From contig CAVQSP010000014.1 of the NCBI GenBank assembly GCA_963715985.1, forward strand, positions 224,001 to 288,000: a DNA stretch of 64,000 bases, written 5' to 3'. Shown in pieces: positions 40,131 through 54,400 of this stretch; within the stretch, counting starts at the first letter, position 1, and each line of letters starts with the position of its first letter. The DNA is from an uncultured Thermoleophilia bacterium. Its GTDB lineage: Bacteria; Actinomycetota; Thermoleophilia; UBA2241. The notes under the pieces were generated by a model. That model did not search any database, was not told the DNA's origin, and saw nothing but the letters and a program-made list of their open reading frames with translations. The position numbers were made by a program, and so were the translations under genes.

Positions 40131-40206
40131 TGGTGGAGGTAAGCGGGCTCGAACCGCTGACCTTCTGGCTGCCAGCCAGACGCTCTCCCAGCTGAGCTAT
40201 ACCCCC
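40131..40206 (-). tRNA. tRNA-Ala (GGC)
   Basis: GGGGGTATAGCTCAGCTGGGAGAGCGTCTGGCTGGCAGCCAGAAGGTCAGCGGTTCGAGCCCGCTTACCTCCACCA; G3:U70 pair, GGC anticodon, encoded CCA. Confidence 0.97.
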
Positions 40207-40448
40207 ACCGAGGGGCGCCGGACGACTCCGGCGGCAACGAAGTATACCCAGAGCCCGGGGGTGTCGCAACTCGGCGGGCGAGGCCGGCGCGTGCACGCGA
40301 CCGCCGCGCTCGCGGCGGGGTCGGCGCGTACGCCATGCCGCGCTCGCGGCGGGGTCGGCGCCGGCGACGCTCATGTACAATCAGGCGCTGAGCGCCGGCG
40401 CCCGGCAGAGCCGCCGGCGCGTCGCCGACCGCCGCCCGAAAGGACCGT

Positions 40449-42926
<2,478 letters not shown>

Positions 42927-42963
42927 AGTCCGGCGGCGCCCGGCCGCGCCCGGCCGCGCCCGT

Positions 42964-43389
42964 CTAGCCCAGCGCGGCCTTGAGCGTCTCGATCGCCGCG
43001 GCTTCGTCCGGCCCCACGCCCTTGGCGGCTTCCGCGGTCGCCTGCGCGATGCCGAGGATGAAGCTCTTGAAGGCATCGAGGTCGTCCGGGGACTTGGCGG
43101 CGACCAGCGCCGCGGCCTCGCGCACCCGGGTACTTACTTCGCCGGCCATGTCGGCCATGTCGTGGGTGACCGTCTTGTCGTGACCGATCTTGACGTCGGC
43201 GGCCAGGTCGTGGACGAGCGGGCTCTGCGTGCTCGCCTTGGCCTTCGCCATGAACTTCGCGGCCGCGCTGGCCTCCTTGAACGTGTCCCAGAACCCGTGG
43301 TCGGCCACCGCCAGGTAGGCCATCGTGTCGGTCACCGCCCACTGCAGCGTGTGCCACTCGTCGCCGGTGAACATCGCTTTGCTCGTCAT
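42964..43389 (-). CDS. Hypothetical protein (helical)
   Basis: GGAGG RBS, GC3-biased ORF, FTGDEW...GFWDTFKEA pattern. Confidence 0.7.
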   Translation of the reverse strand: MTSKAMFTGDEWHTLQWAVTDTMAYLAVADHGFWDTFKEASAAAKFMAKAKASTQSPLVHDLAADVKIGHDKTVTHDMADMAGEVSTRVREAAALVAAKSPDDLDAFKSFILGIAQATAEAAKGVGPDEAAAIETLKAALG

Positions 43390-43568
43390 CGTGCCTCCCG
43401 GGATCCAGGTCGTCATTGTGCCGTTGCCCGACGATACCCGACTCCACGTCACCCCGTGAAATCGCCCCTCCGGGGCGATGCGCGGCGCGCGCACCCTCCG
43501 TAGTCTCCGTCTGGACGGACGCCGGACACGTCTCCGCCGTCCGGCACGCCCCAGACCCGGAGGTCGCC

Positions 43569-44222
43569 ATGCAGTTCTCGCGCCGCCAGATCGTCGCCTA
43601 CGTCGCGGTGGCCGCGGTCGTCGCGGCTGTCGGCGTGAGGTACGTCGTCGCCCCTCGGGCGGCCGGGCCTGCCGGAGAGCAGCCGTTCGTGCTCAGCAGC
43701 GAGGCGCCGGGTCGGCCCTCCTCCTCCGCGTCACCGTCCGCCGCTGAGGCGAGCCCCGCGGCCGACGCGCTCGTGTACGTGTGCGGCGCGGTGCGCACGC
43801 CGGGCGTGGTGCGCGTGCCGGCCGGCGCGCGCGTGGCCGACGCCCTCGACCTGGCCGGCGGGCCCACGTCACGGGCGGAGCTGGCGGCGGTGAACCTGGC
43901 CGCCAAGGTCGTGGACGGCCAGCAGATCCTGGTGCCCGAGAAGGGGCAGGCAGCGGCGGCGCCGGCGACGGCCTCGGCCGCCGGGGCGGGATCGTCCACG
44001 GGCGCGGGCCTCGCGGCGGCGCCTGCCGGCGGCCTCGTCAACATCAACACGGCCACGCTCGAGCAGCTGGACGCGCTGCAGGGGGTGGGGCCCTCCACGG
44101 CGCAGAAGATCATCGACTACCGCACGGCCAACGGGCCGTTCTCCAGCATCGACGACATCAAGAACGTGTCCGGCATCGGCGACGCCAAGTTCGCCGCCAT
44201 GAAGGACGCCATCACGGTGTGA
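43569..44222 (+). CDS. comEA: Competence DNA receptor ComEA
   Basis: VYVCGAVRTPGV (SLBB), VNLAAKVVDG, NINTA...LQGVGP...GIG HhH motifs. Confidence 0.92.
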   Translation: MQFSRRQIVAYVAVAAVVAAVGVRYVVAPRAAGPAGEQPFVLSSEAPGRPSSSASPSAAEASPAADALVYVCGAVRTPGVVRVPAGARVADALDLAGGPTSRAELAAVNLAAKVVDGQQILVPEKGQAAAAPATASAAGAGSSTGAGLAAAPAGGLVNINTATLEQLDALQGVGPSTAQKIIDYRTANGPFSSIDDIKNVSGIGDAKFAAMKDAITV

Positions 44223-44228
44223 CGTCCG

Positions 44229-46610
44229 GTGCTCCGCCGCGTCGCGCCCCCGCACTTCATCGTCGCAGGCTACTGTGCGGGGCTCTGTCTGGCGCTCGTC
44301 CTGAGCGTTCCCGGGTGGTGCGTGGCCCTGGCGCTCGTGGCGCCGGTGGCGGGCCTCTGGTTCGTCCTGTGCGCGTCTCTCGCGCCGGCGCCTCGCCCGC
44401 GCCGCTGATGGCTGCGCCGTTCCTGCTGGCGGCGCTGTTCCTGGTCGCCGGGCTTGCGGTCGGGGGCGCGCGGCTCGCGACCCTGGGGCACTCGGTGCTG
44501 ACGCCGTGGAGAGGGCACACGGTGTCGGTGGCCGCCGTCCTCATCGACCTGCCCGCCGTCAAGGAGCAGGAGGCCACGCTCGCCGTCGAGGTCCGCGACG
44601 TGAACGGCGTCGCGCTGTCGGAGCCGGCTCACCTGCGCCTGCGCCTCGACGACGGGCAGAGGCTGCCGCCCGGGTCCACCGGCCCTCTGGTGGAAGGGGT
44701 GGAGATCGCGCTGGCCGGCGTGCGCGTGGAGCCACTGCCGGAGCCGCGCCCCGGCGCCTTCGACTACGGGCGCTACCTGCGGCGACGCGGCGAACACGTC
44801 GTCCTCGAGGGCGACTTCTCGTCGCTGCGCGTCACCGGCCGTCGCGGCGGCTTCTCGGGCGCCGTGGACCGGCTGCGGGCCGCCTCGCGCGCCCACTTGA
44901 GGCAAGGCGTGCACGCGCCGGTCGCCGAGGTGCTGCAGGGCATGGTGCTGGGCGACGATGAGGGCGTTGACCAGGGGGCCATCGACAGCTTTCGCCGCAG
45001 CGGGCTGCTGCACATCATGGCCGTGTCCGGCGAGAACGTCGTCCTGCTGTGTACCATGTGGGCGTTCGCGTTCTCGCTGCTCGGCATCCCGCGCCTGCTC
45101 CGCACAGCGCTGCTGCTGCCCGTGGTGATCGTCTACGTCCTGCTCACCGGCGCGTCCCCTTCCATCGTGCGGGCGGGGGTCTCCGGCGCACTCGGGCTGC
45201 TCGCCGTCATGGCGTCGCGTCCCGCCGACGGGTGGCTGCTGTGGCTGGTACCGGCCGCGTGGCTGCTCACGGTCAACCCCAACAACCTCTTCGACGTGAG
45301 CTTCCAGCTCTCGTTCGGCGCCGTCGCGGGTCTGCTGGTGCTCGCGCGGCCGCTGACGCGCGCCTTCCGCTGGCTGCCCGGCCCGCTCCCGGCGCAGGCA
45401 GGCGTCACCACGGCGGCGAGCCTGTCCACGGCGCCGGTCTCCATGCTCACGTTCGGGTCCGCGTCGCTCGTCAGCGTGCCGGCCAACCTCGTCGGCGGCT
45501 TCGTCCTCGGCCCCATCATGTTCCTGGGCATGCTGTCACTCCTGTTGGGGTTCGTGGCCGGCCGGCTGTCGGCACCGCTCAACATCGTCGCCGGGCTGTT
45601 CATCGGCTTTCTGCTGGACGTGGCTCACCACTTCGGCGGCCTGCCGTGGGCCGTCTTCGAGTGGCAGGGCGTCTCCCTGCGCTTGCTCCTGGTCGGAGCG
45701 CTGCTGCTGGAACTCGCCGTCGTATGGGTCGTGGCGGCGCGCGCCGGCGGCGGCCTCGTGGCGTTCGTCGCCGACCGCCGCCGGCGCGCGCCGCTCGTGG
45801 CCGTGACGGCGGGGCTCGTCGCGCTCGTCATACTCCTGGCTCCCGCCGGCGCCGTCGCGCCGCACCGGCCCACGCTCACCTTTCTGGATGTCGGCGAAGG
45901 CGCCGCGCGCGCTCCTGCAGGTGCCGGACGGCCCCACGGTGCTCGTTGACGCGGGCCCGGCTCCGCTGGCCCGCACTCTCCGCGCGCACGCCGTACGCCG
46001 CATCGACGTGCTCGTGCTCTCGCACGGCCACGCCGACCACACGGCCGGCCTCGCGGACGTGATCGGCAGCATCCCCATCGGCACCGCCCTCCTGCCGCGC
46101 CCACCGGACCCCTCGCCGGCGCTGGAGGGGCTGGCGCGCCGGCTCACTGCCGCCGGGGCCACCGTGCGCTGGTGTCAGGTGCCGGCAGCGCTCGGTGGCG
46201 CCGGCTGGGGCGTGCGCATCCTGCCCACCTCTCCTCCCGAGGGCGAAGCGGGCAACCAGAGCGAGAACGACGCCGCCCTGGTCGTGCTGGTCGACCTGCG
46301 CGGGAGCCGTCTGCTGCTGCCCGGCGACGCCGAGGGTGATGTGCTGGCGGGGCTGCACCTGCCGCCGTGCACCGTCGTGGAACTGCCGCACCACGGCAGT
46401 CGCGGAGGGCTCGATGCGGCCGAGCTCGCGCGGCTGGCGCCGCGGCTCGCGGTGGTCTCCGTGGGTCCCAACACCTACGGCCACCCGACGCCGGAGATGC
46501 TGCAGCTGCTTGCAGACCATGGCGTACCCTGGGCGCGCACCGACCAGCGCGGCGACATCGCGGTGGCCGCCACGGAGCGCGGGCTCGAGGTCACGGCCGC
46601 GGGAGGGTGA
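44229..46610 (+). CDS. comEC: Competence protein ComEC/Rec2, apparent frameshifts at about 44370 and 45908
   Basis: PGAFDY, GLLHIMAVSGEN, SFQLSF, FLDVGEG, then beta-lactamase-fold SHGHADH, NDAALV, PHHGS, YGHP. Confidence 0.85.
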
Positions 46611-46629
46611 CCGCCCGGTGCCGCTCGGC

Positions 46630-47390
46630 TCAGATCTCCTTGCGCCGGAACACGTACACGGCGGCGATCACGAAGACGGCCGCCAGCACGAGTGTGGTCG
46701 CGAGGGGCAGCGCCAGCGCCACGTCGCGGCCCTTCAGGAGAGCGTCGTTGGCGGCGAGCAGCCCCGCGGGGGTGCGGTCTCGCACGGCCGGGAAGCCGGT
46801 GAGCACGAACAGCGCCACGTACACGCCGATCCCCAGACCGGCGGCGGGCGCCTGGCGGCCCATCGCCGCCGAGAGCAGCACCATCAGGGTGACGAACATC
46901 GCTGCCAGGGCCAGCCACAGACCGACTGACTCCAGGAACAGGGCGACGTGCCCTGCGTCGAAGAGCGCGGCGGTCACGGCGATGCACAGGGCGCTGCCCA
47001 GCGCCGTGGCGGCCACGAGCAGCACGAGGCCGGCCACGGACTTGGCGGTGATGAAGGAGGCCCGCGAGAGCGGCTTGGTGAGCACCAGCGCGGACGTCCC
47101 CGCGCGGTGTTCCGCCGCCACCGAAGCGGCGCCGGTGATGATGACCACCAGGAGAGCGAGCTGCGCGAGGTTGCCCAGGAACTGCAGGTACGCGTCCGTG
47201 GCGGTGGGCGTGGGGAACTGGATGGTCACCCCCGGGGTCCGCTGGGCGGTCATCTTGAGGAGCGCAGGCGTAGCGGCGGCGAGGATAGGTGTGCTCACGC
47301 CGAGGAACACGAGGACGCCGGGCAACACCCACAGGCGCCAGGTCTTGCGCGTCTCGAGGAGTTCCTTCCTCAGGAAGGCGGCGAACCCGC

Positions 47391-47394
<4 letters not shown>
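46630..47394 (-). CDS. ABC-2 transporter permease (YxlG-like)
   Basis: FLRKELLE...TWRL, EHRAGT...LTKPLSRASFITAK; about 6 TM helices. Confidence 0.85.
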
Positions 47395-48320
<926 letters not shown>

Positions 48321-48331
48321 GCCCCGTTCAC

Positions 48332-48664
48332 TCACGGCTTCGTGTCGTCGGGCGTCGAGGGCGCCGGGCCGTACAGGAGGTCGGCGGCCGCCTGGGTGCG
48401 ACTGTGCGCGTCCGGGTCGCCGGCCGGCGCGGGCTCCGGCGCCGGCGGCTGCTCGCGACCGATGGCGAGGTAGATGATCGAGCCCACGAGGTTGAAGAGG
48501 ATCACGAGCACGATCCACACCCACTTGCGGCCACCGAGCACCGCGGGACGGCGCACGATGTCGACGATGCAGAAGACGACGAGGCAGAGCTCCACGACGC
48601 CGAGGACGATGACGGCGACGAGGGCGCCCGTCGGCAGCACGACGTCCGCACCAAGAAGTCCCAT
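48332..48664 (-). CDS. PLDc_N-domain small membrane protein (YxlE-like)
   Basis: CIVDIVRR...KWVWIVLVILFNLVGSIIYLAIGR. Confidence 0.8.
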   Translation of the reverse strand: MGLLGADVVLPTGALVAVIVLGVVELCLVVFCIVDIVRRPAVLGGRKWVWIVLVILFNLVGSIIYLAIGREQPPAPEPAPAGDPDAHSRTQAAADLLYGPAPSTPDDTKP

Positions 48665-48786
48665 CAGCGATGATCCCTTCACTCGAAGCCCTGCCGGCGG
48701 AATCGTAGCGCACGGGACAGGGCCCCGTCGACGCGCCGGGGGCCGGACCGCCTGCGGCAGCCGGCCCCCGGCGCGTCGGTGCTGGG

Positions 48787-50914
48787 TCAGTTCACGACGC
48801 GGTACGGGCGCATCATCTCGTTGTCCTCGTGCTCGAGGATGTGGCAGTGCCAGACGAACAGCCCGGCGATGTCGAAACGCGCCTTGATGCGCGTGATCTC
48901 ACCGGGGTAGGCGATGACCGTGTCTTTGTACCCCACCTCCCAGGGCTCCGGCTGAAGCACCGCGCCGGCACCCATGTCGCCGTGGGGCGACGTCTCGGTG
49001 TCCATCACCTCGCGACTCACCACCTGGAACTGCACCAGGTGGACGTGGATGGGATGCGCATCGACGGTGAGGTTGTGGAAGGCCCACTGCTCCACCTGAG
49101 CCCTTCTTGACCGTCTCGGTCACGGGGTCCATCCAGTTCATCGGGTGCGTCGTACCGGAGGAGGGGTCGAACGTGCCGAGCAGTGCCTCCTGGGGGCCGA
49201 ACGGCTCACCGTCCGCGTCGTACACGATGCTGTCGTCCTCTTCGTTGACGTTCACGCTCATGGACATCATCTCGTTGAGGCTGAGATCGCGGCTCTTCGT
49301 GGCCACGGGCAGGTCGGTGAGCTGCGGAAGCCTGAGGGCCGACGGCGGGACGGTGGTGTCGGCGCCCTGCCGCGCGACCACGCGGAACTGCATCACCTGG
49401 CCGGTGGTGCCCGGATCGGACGGCTCGAACGCCTCGCCGACCTCCCCGCCCCCGAACGGCTCATCGGGGCCGACGTTCTTGAGCACGATGCGGGTGCCGG
49501 CGGGGACGTTGGTGAAGTCCACGATCACGTCGGCTCGCTCAGCCGGACCCAGCAGCAGCTCCGTGAGGCGCACCGGGTTCGGCAGGAACCCGCCCTCGGT
49601 CCCGATCTGCCAGAAGGGCATGCCGTTCTCCATCTCGAGGATGAGGAACCTGGACTGGGTGCCGTTGAGGAAGCGGAACCGGTAGCGCTGCTGCTCCACC
49701 TGAAGGTACGGCCAGGTGCGGCCGTTGACGACCATGGTGTTGCCGAAGAACTCCGGGTTCCAGATGGGCGAGATGTCGCTCATGTGGCCTCCGCCCGGGA
49801 CCATGTCGGGGATGAACGGGATGTCCAGCACACCGGCATCCGGGAACTGCTTGGGCTCCTGCCCCGGCACGTTCAGCCCCTCGAAGAAGGCCCGGTTGTC
49901 CGGGTAGAACAGCGATCCGTCGGCGTTGAACGAGCGGTCCTGGATGGCGATGGGGATCTCCCGGTACTGCTTGCCGGCGGCGTCGCCGCGCTGGGGCGCC
50001 GGGCCCGGGAGCTTGCCGGCCGGCATGTCGTCGGGTCCGCCGCGGATCAGGTAGAAGCCGGCCGGCCCCGCGTACACGTTGACGCGCGTCATGCCGAGGC
50101 TGTGGTCGTGATACCAGAGGGTACTGGCGCGCTGGTCGTTGGGGTACTGGAAGACGGCCGTCCCCGGTTGCCACGTCACGCCCAGACGCTGCCTGGATTC
50201 CTTCTTGAACTGCTCGTAGAAGGTGCCGCCTGTGGCGTACCCGGCCGGGATGTCCTTGGCCGCGGGAAGGTACCAGGCCTCCGGGTACCCGTCACTGTCT
50301 TCCGTGGTGTGAGCGCCGTGCACGTGCACGACCATCGGCACCGGCCCCTTGTACTCATCCTGGACCATGCCGTGAGTGTCCGTGCCTCCGGGGCCGCCCG
50401 CGGGATTGGCCCAGTGGAGGGTCTGGTCCACCGGCAGGATGTGCGGCAGGTAGTTGCCGTTGGCGTCCACCAGGCCGTTGATCCATTTCACCCTGACGGG
50501 GCGCTTCCAGCTCGCCTCGATGGTGAAGGACGGGTAGTTCAGGGTACCCCCGTCGGCGGCCGGACGAGGGTCCTTGGCGGAGGCGAAGCTCCACACGGTG
50601 GTGGGGCTCACGTTGTTGGCGGCCGACCATGTCTTGGGCAAGATGAACTGCCGGAACTGCTTGACGACGATCTCGTAGTAGTCCACCTTCTTGCCCTTGA
50701 TGCCGGTCGTCGCCGTCAGCGGCATGGCCGGCGGGATCACGAGCGGCTCGACGTACTTGGGTATGGTCCGTGGATCCAGAGACCCGCCCGGCACGGGCTC
50801 GGTCTCAGGGGGTTCTGCCGCCGCGACCGGCACGACGAGCAGCGCGAGGCCCAGCAGGATCAGCGCGAGGAAACCTCCCCGACCGGTCCGCAGACGGCCG
50901 ATCTGAGCGTGCAT
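48787..50914 (-). CDS. Exported multicopper oxidase (CotA/bilirubin-oxidase-like), apparent +1 frameshift at about 49096
   Basis: HVHG, WYHDH, HPIHVHL and WHCHILEHEDNEMM copper motifs; N-terminal signal peptide. Confidence 0.9.
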
Positions 50915-51097
50915 GTTGCCCTCCCCGTTCTTGACTCTCCCCAAGCCCCTGCGCCGGGGGGAGGCCTCCAGTGAGACTGCTAGCGCAGCTCCGGCACGGT
51001 TATGCCCACGGTGCAGCAGCGCCGAAACCGGACAGAGTTTGTCTTGCTTACCCGGGACGGGAACCGGGTCCCTGCGCCGTGCTATCCTTCTGCCGCC

Positions 51098-52117
51098 GTG
51101 AGCGACCCCCAGCCCCTCGATCCCGTGTACCTCATCGTCGGCACCGACCGGCCCAAGGTGCGGCGCGCCCTGCAGCGCTTGCGGCAGCGCGCCGTGAAGG
51201 AGAGCGGCAGCGACCTCAACGTCAGCACCTTCGACGCCGCCGGCGGACCGCCCACGGAGGTCGTGCGGGATGTGCTGCAGGCTGCGGCCACCCCGGGCCT
51301 CGCCCTGGGCGCGCGCGTCATCATCGTGACCAACGTGCACGCCTTCAAGGTCGCCCAGCGGAAGGAGCTCGTGGCGTACATCCACGATCCCACTCCGGAC
51401 ACCGTTCTCGCCCTCGAGGGCGAGAAGGTGGCCAAGGACGACGCCCTCTACAAGACCGTGCTCAAGGCGGGGCGGGTGCTGAGCTTCGAGCTGCCCAAGA
51501 AGTACGAGATGGCGGTGTGGGTGCGGCAGATGGCCGAGGCGGCGGGGCTCGCGATGGGCACGCCGGCGGCGCGCCACCTGCTCGACGTGTGCGGGGAGGA
51601 CCCCTCGCACGCCGAGCGTCTCGAGCGTGAGATCGACAAGCTCGCCGCCTACTGCCGCGGCGCCGAGGCCACCGTGGACGACATCGACGCCGTGTGCGTG
51701 CCGGACGACGAGGTGCGCATCTTCGACCTCATGGACGCCGTCGGCCACCGCGAGCGCGAGCGCGCCTTCGCCCTGCTGGAGGCGGTGTTCGCCTCCGGCG
51801 ACCCGCGCGACGACGCCAACGCCGTGCTGTACAGCCTGCGGCGGCACATCGGCCTGCTCGACAGGGCGCTGGCGATCCAGCACTCGGACCAGTCTTCAGC
51901 CGCCAAGGAGCTGGGAGTGCACCCCTTCACGGCGCGCAAGCTGCTCGAACAGCGCCGCTCGTACGACCGCCGCCGCGTGGACCGCGCCTACAGGGCGCTG
52001 GCGGCGGCGGAGACGGGCATGCGGGGCAGGGCGCCGGCCACGCTGGAGACGGCGGCCGGCGTCAACAACAGCGACCGCCTGGTGCTGGAGATGGCGCTGG
52101 CCCGGCTGCTCTCGTAG
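51098..52117 (+). CDS. holA: DNA polymerase III delta subunit
   Basis: PVYLIVG, EIDKLAAY, IFDLMDAV, LGVHPF; conserved position next to rpsT and comEC. Confidence 0.88.
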   Translation: MSDPQPLDPVYLIVGTDRPKVRRALQRLRQRAVKESGSDLNVSTFDAAGGPPTEVVRDVLQAAATPGLALGARVIIVTNVHAFKVAQRKELVAYIHDPTPDTVLALEGEKVAKDDALYKTVLKAGRVLSFELPKKYEMAVWVRQMAEAAGLAMGTPAARHLLDVCGEDPSHAERLEREIDKLAAYCRGAEATVDDIDAVCVPDDEVRIFDLMDAVGHRERERAFALLEAVFASGDPRDDANAVLYSLRRHIGLLDRALAIQHSDQSSAAKELGVHPFTARKLLEQRRSYDRRRVDRAYRALAAAETGMRGRAPATLETAAGVNNSDRLVLEMALARLLS

Positions 52118-52157
52118 GGGCCGGCGGCCGCAGGCGGCCCGGTCTCGGGGCCGTGCG

Positions 52158-52212
52158 CACAGACGGCGAGGCGGGCGGGCCGTACCGCGGCCCGCCCGCC
52201 TCGCCGTCTGTG
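52158..52212. terminator. Perfect 25-bp inverted repeat between convergent holA and rpsT
   Basis: CACAGACGGCGAGGCGGGCGGGCCG-TACCG-CGGCCCGCCCGCCTCGCCGTCTGTG. Confidence 0.75.
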
Positions 52213-52224
52213 GCGCTCAGACCG

Positions 52225-52491
52225 TCAGGAGGAGAGCTGCGCCAGCGTGTGCGCGACCTGGCTCTTCTTGCGGGCGGCGTTGTTCTTGTGCAGGATGCCC
52301 TTGGCCGCAGCCTTGTCGATGCGCGAGGTGAGGAAGGTGGCGGTGGCGCGGGCCTCGTCGGCCTGCTGCTCGGCGACCTGGTCCTCCAGACGCTTGAACA
52401 GCGTCTTGAGCGTGGACTTGCTGTGCCGGTTGCGCAGCCGCTGCTTGGCGGCGAGGCGGATGCGCTTCTTCTGCTGCTTGATGTTGGCCAC
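52225..52491 (-). CDS. rpsT: 30S ribosomal protein S20
   Basis: ANIKQQKKR...RNRHSKS...IDKAAAKGILHKNNAARKKS. Confidence 0.97.
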   Translation of the reverse strand: MANIKQQKKRIRLAAKQRLRNRHSKSTLKTLFKRLEDQVAEQQADEARATATFLTSRIDKAAAKGILHKNNAARKKSQVAHTLAQLSS

Positions 52492-52699
52492 GTGATCCCT
52501 TCGATCGGGCTGGTTGCGTGACGTGTCGAGGCAGTGGGGACTGCGTCCGGACGGAGGATGCTACCACAGGCGCGCGAGGCGGGGCAAACGTGACCGGAGA
52601 GGCTGGTCCAGCGGCCGACACCTCGGGCTCTGCCGAGCACGTGGTCGGGACGATGGCGGCTACGCTCCATCGCCGGTGCCTCATCGACACGACGACCGC

Positions 52700-53010
52700 G
52701 AGGCGGCGGCGCGCGCCGGCGGAGCCGAGGTCCTGGCCGCCGACGTGACGCACCAGCCCGAGGTGGAGCGGATCGCCGAGCGGACGATCGCCCGCGTCGG
52801 CCGCATCGACATCTGGGTGAACAACGTCGGGCGCGCCATCACGCGGCCTCTGGACGAGCTCGGCGGGGAAGACGTCGTGGCCATGATCCGCGTCAACGTG
52901 ACGTCGGCACTCTGGAGGATGCGGCCCTGCTCCCCCACTTCGAGACGCAGGGGACCTGCGTCCTCTGCACCGTGTCTTCGATGCTGGCGCGCGTCCCGCC
53001 GGCGCGACGA
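52700..53010 (+). pseudogene. Internal fragment of a short-chain dehydrogenase/reductase
   Basis: AADVT...GRIDIWVNNVG...MIRVNV...VSSMLARVP; lacks the N-terminal TGxxxGxG and the YxxxK motif; frameshifted. Confidence 0.6.
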
Positions 53011-53051
53011 TCCGTGCTTCGCTGCTCGGCCGGTGGTACCGTGACCCGGAC

Positions 53052-54223
53052 ATGGGGACCTTGCGCCACCGGCTTCGCACGCTCCTGCTCGCGATCCTTG
53101 CGCTGGCGGCGCTGTGCGCCATCGGCTGCGCCTCGCAGAGAGTGGGCGAGGCAGCCGGTGGGAGCGTCGCCGCCGCGGCGGCCGTCGCCTCCTCACCCTG
53201 GCCGAGCGTGCCGCCGGGCGGGCAGACGCGGTCGGCAACTCGCGGGGTGGTCGGACCGACGGCTCGCTGCGCAGCTCGTCGTGTGCAGCGTGCCGGCGGA
53301 CGATCCGCTCGCAGGACGCCGCTACGCGCGCATGGGCGTCGGCGGTGTCGTGATCCTCGGCGCCGGCGCGAAAGGCGACATCGGCAAGGACCTGGCCGAC
53401 CTCCTGCGCGCCGCGCCCCACGGCATCAAGCCCTTCATCGCCAGCGACGAGGAGGGAGGGCAGGTCCAGCGGCTGCGGTACGTCATCTACCCGCTGCCGT
53501 CGGCGCGGGTGATGGGCCGGTGGAGCGTCGCCAGGACGATGGAGACGGCCAAGGACTACGGTGCCCGGCTCCGCAAGCTCCACGTCTCCGTCGTGTTCGG
53601 GCCGGTCGCGGACCTGGACGTCCCCGGCCGGTACATGAGCGGGCTGGACCGGTGCTTCTCCTCGCGGCCGCAGGTCGTCGGCGGTCACGTGGCGGCGTGG
53701 GTGACCGGCCTCAGATCCTCGGGGGTCCTCGCGACGGTCAAGCACTGGCCTGGTCACGGCTGGGCCGCGGACACCCACGGCGGCGCGGCGCGCATCCCTT
53801 CGCTCTCTCGTCTCCGCAGGGAGGACATGGTCCCCTTCGAGCGAGCCTTCGCGGCCGGGGTGTCGCTGGTCATGGTCGGTCACCTGCAGTCGAAGGGGCT
53901 CACGGAGGACGACACCCCCGCCAGTCTCTCGCCCTCAGCCATGCGCTACTTGCGCGCGCGCGTGGGCGACGACACGGTCATCATCACGGACTCGCTCTCG
54001 ATGGCCGCTACGACCAAGGCGCTGGGGATCGAGCACGCCGGCGGCGGCCGTGCGCGCTCTCCGGGCAGGCGCCGACCTCGCGCTCTTCGCCTCCGCGAGT
54101 CCGCGAGAGGTGATCGACGCGGTCACGGCGGCCATCCGTTCCGGGCGGCTGCCGCGAAAGCAGGCGGAGGCCTCGGTGTTGAGGAGCCTCGCGCTGAAGA
54201 GGGCGGCCGACCTGGCTCTCTGA
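53052..54223 (+). CDS. GH3 beta-N-acetylhexosaminidase-like lipoprotein, apparent +1 frameshifts at about 53230 and 54031
   Basis: Lipobox AIGC; SDEEGGQVQRL, PVADLD, KHWPGHG...DTH, MVGH, ITDSLSM, ALRAGADLAL. Confidence 0.8.
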
Positions 54224-54400
54224 GGCATCGGCGGGCGGGCGTCCAGGGCAGCAGTCGTACAACCGGCTCCCGGGCCGGCGGGCCGCCTCTGCTAGACTGG
54301 CCGCCGGCCGCCGGGGGCCGGGCAGCACTTCGCCGCACGACGTCGAAGAGTCCTCCGGCCTCTCGGTCGTCCTCGAGACAGGAGCCGGGCGAGTGAGGAC

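Noticed and set aside
36766-40206. Genomic island integrated at tRNA-Ala
   Set aside because: No integrase, no duplicated tRNA 3' end seen, and codon usage is host-like.
40131-40206. Frameshift-suppressor tRNA explaining the +1 shifts
   Set aside because: Normal 7-nt anticodon loop and canonical 76-nt length.
40207-40448. T-box leader upstream of leuS
   Set aside because: No GGTGGNACCGCG T-box motif; a TGTACAAT -10 lies only about 70 nt before the start.
50985-51010. Sigma54 promoter (GGCACGGTTATGC)
   Set aside because: GG-to-GC spacing is 9 nt instead of the required 10.
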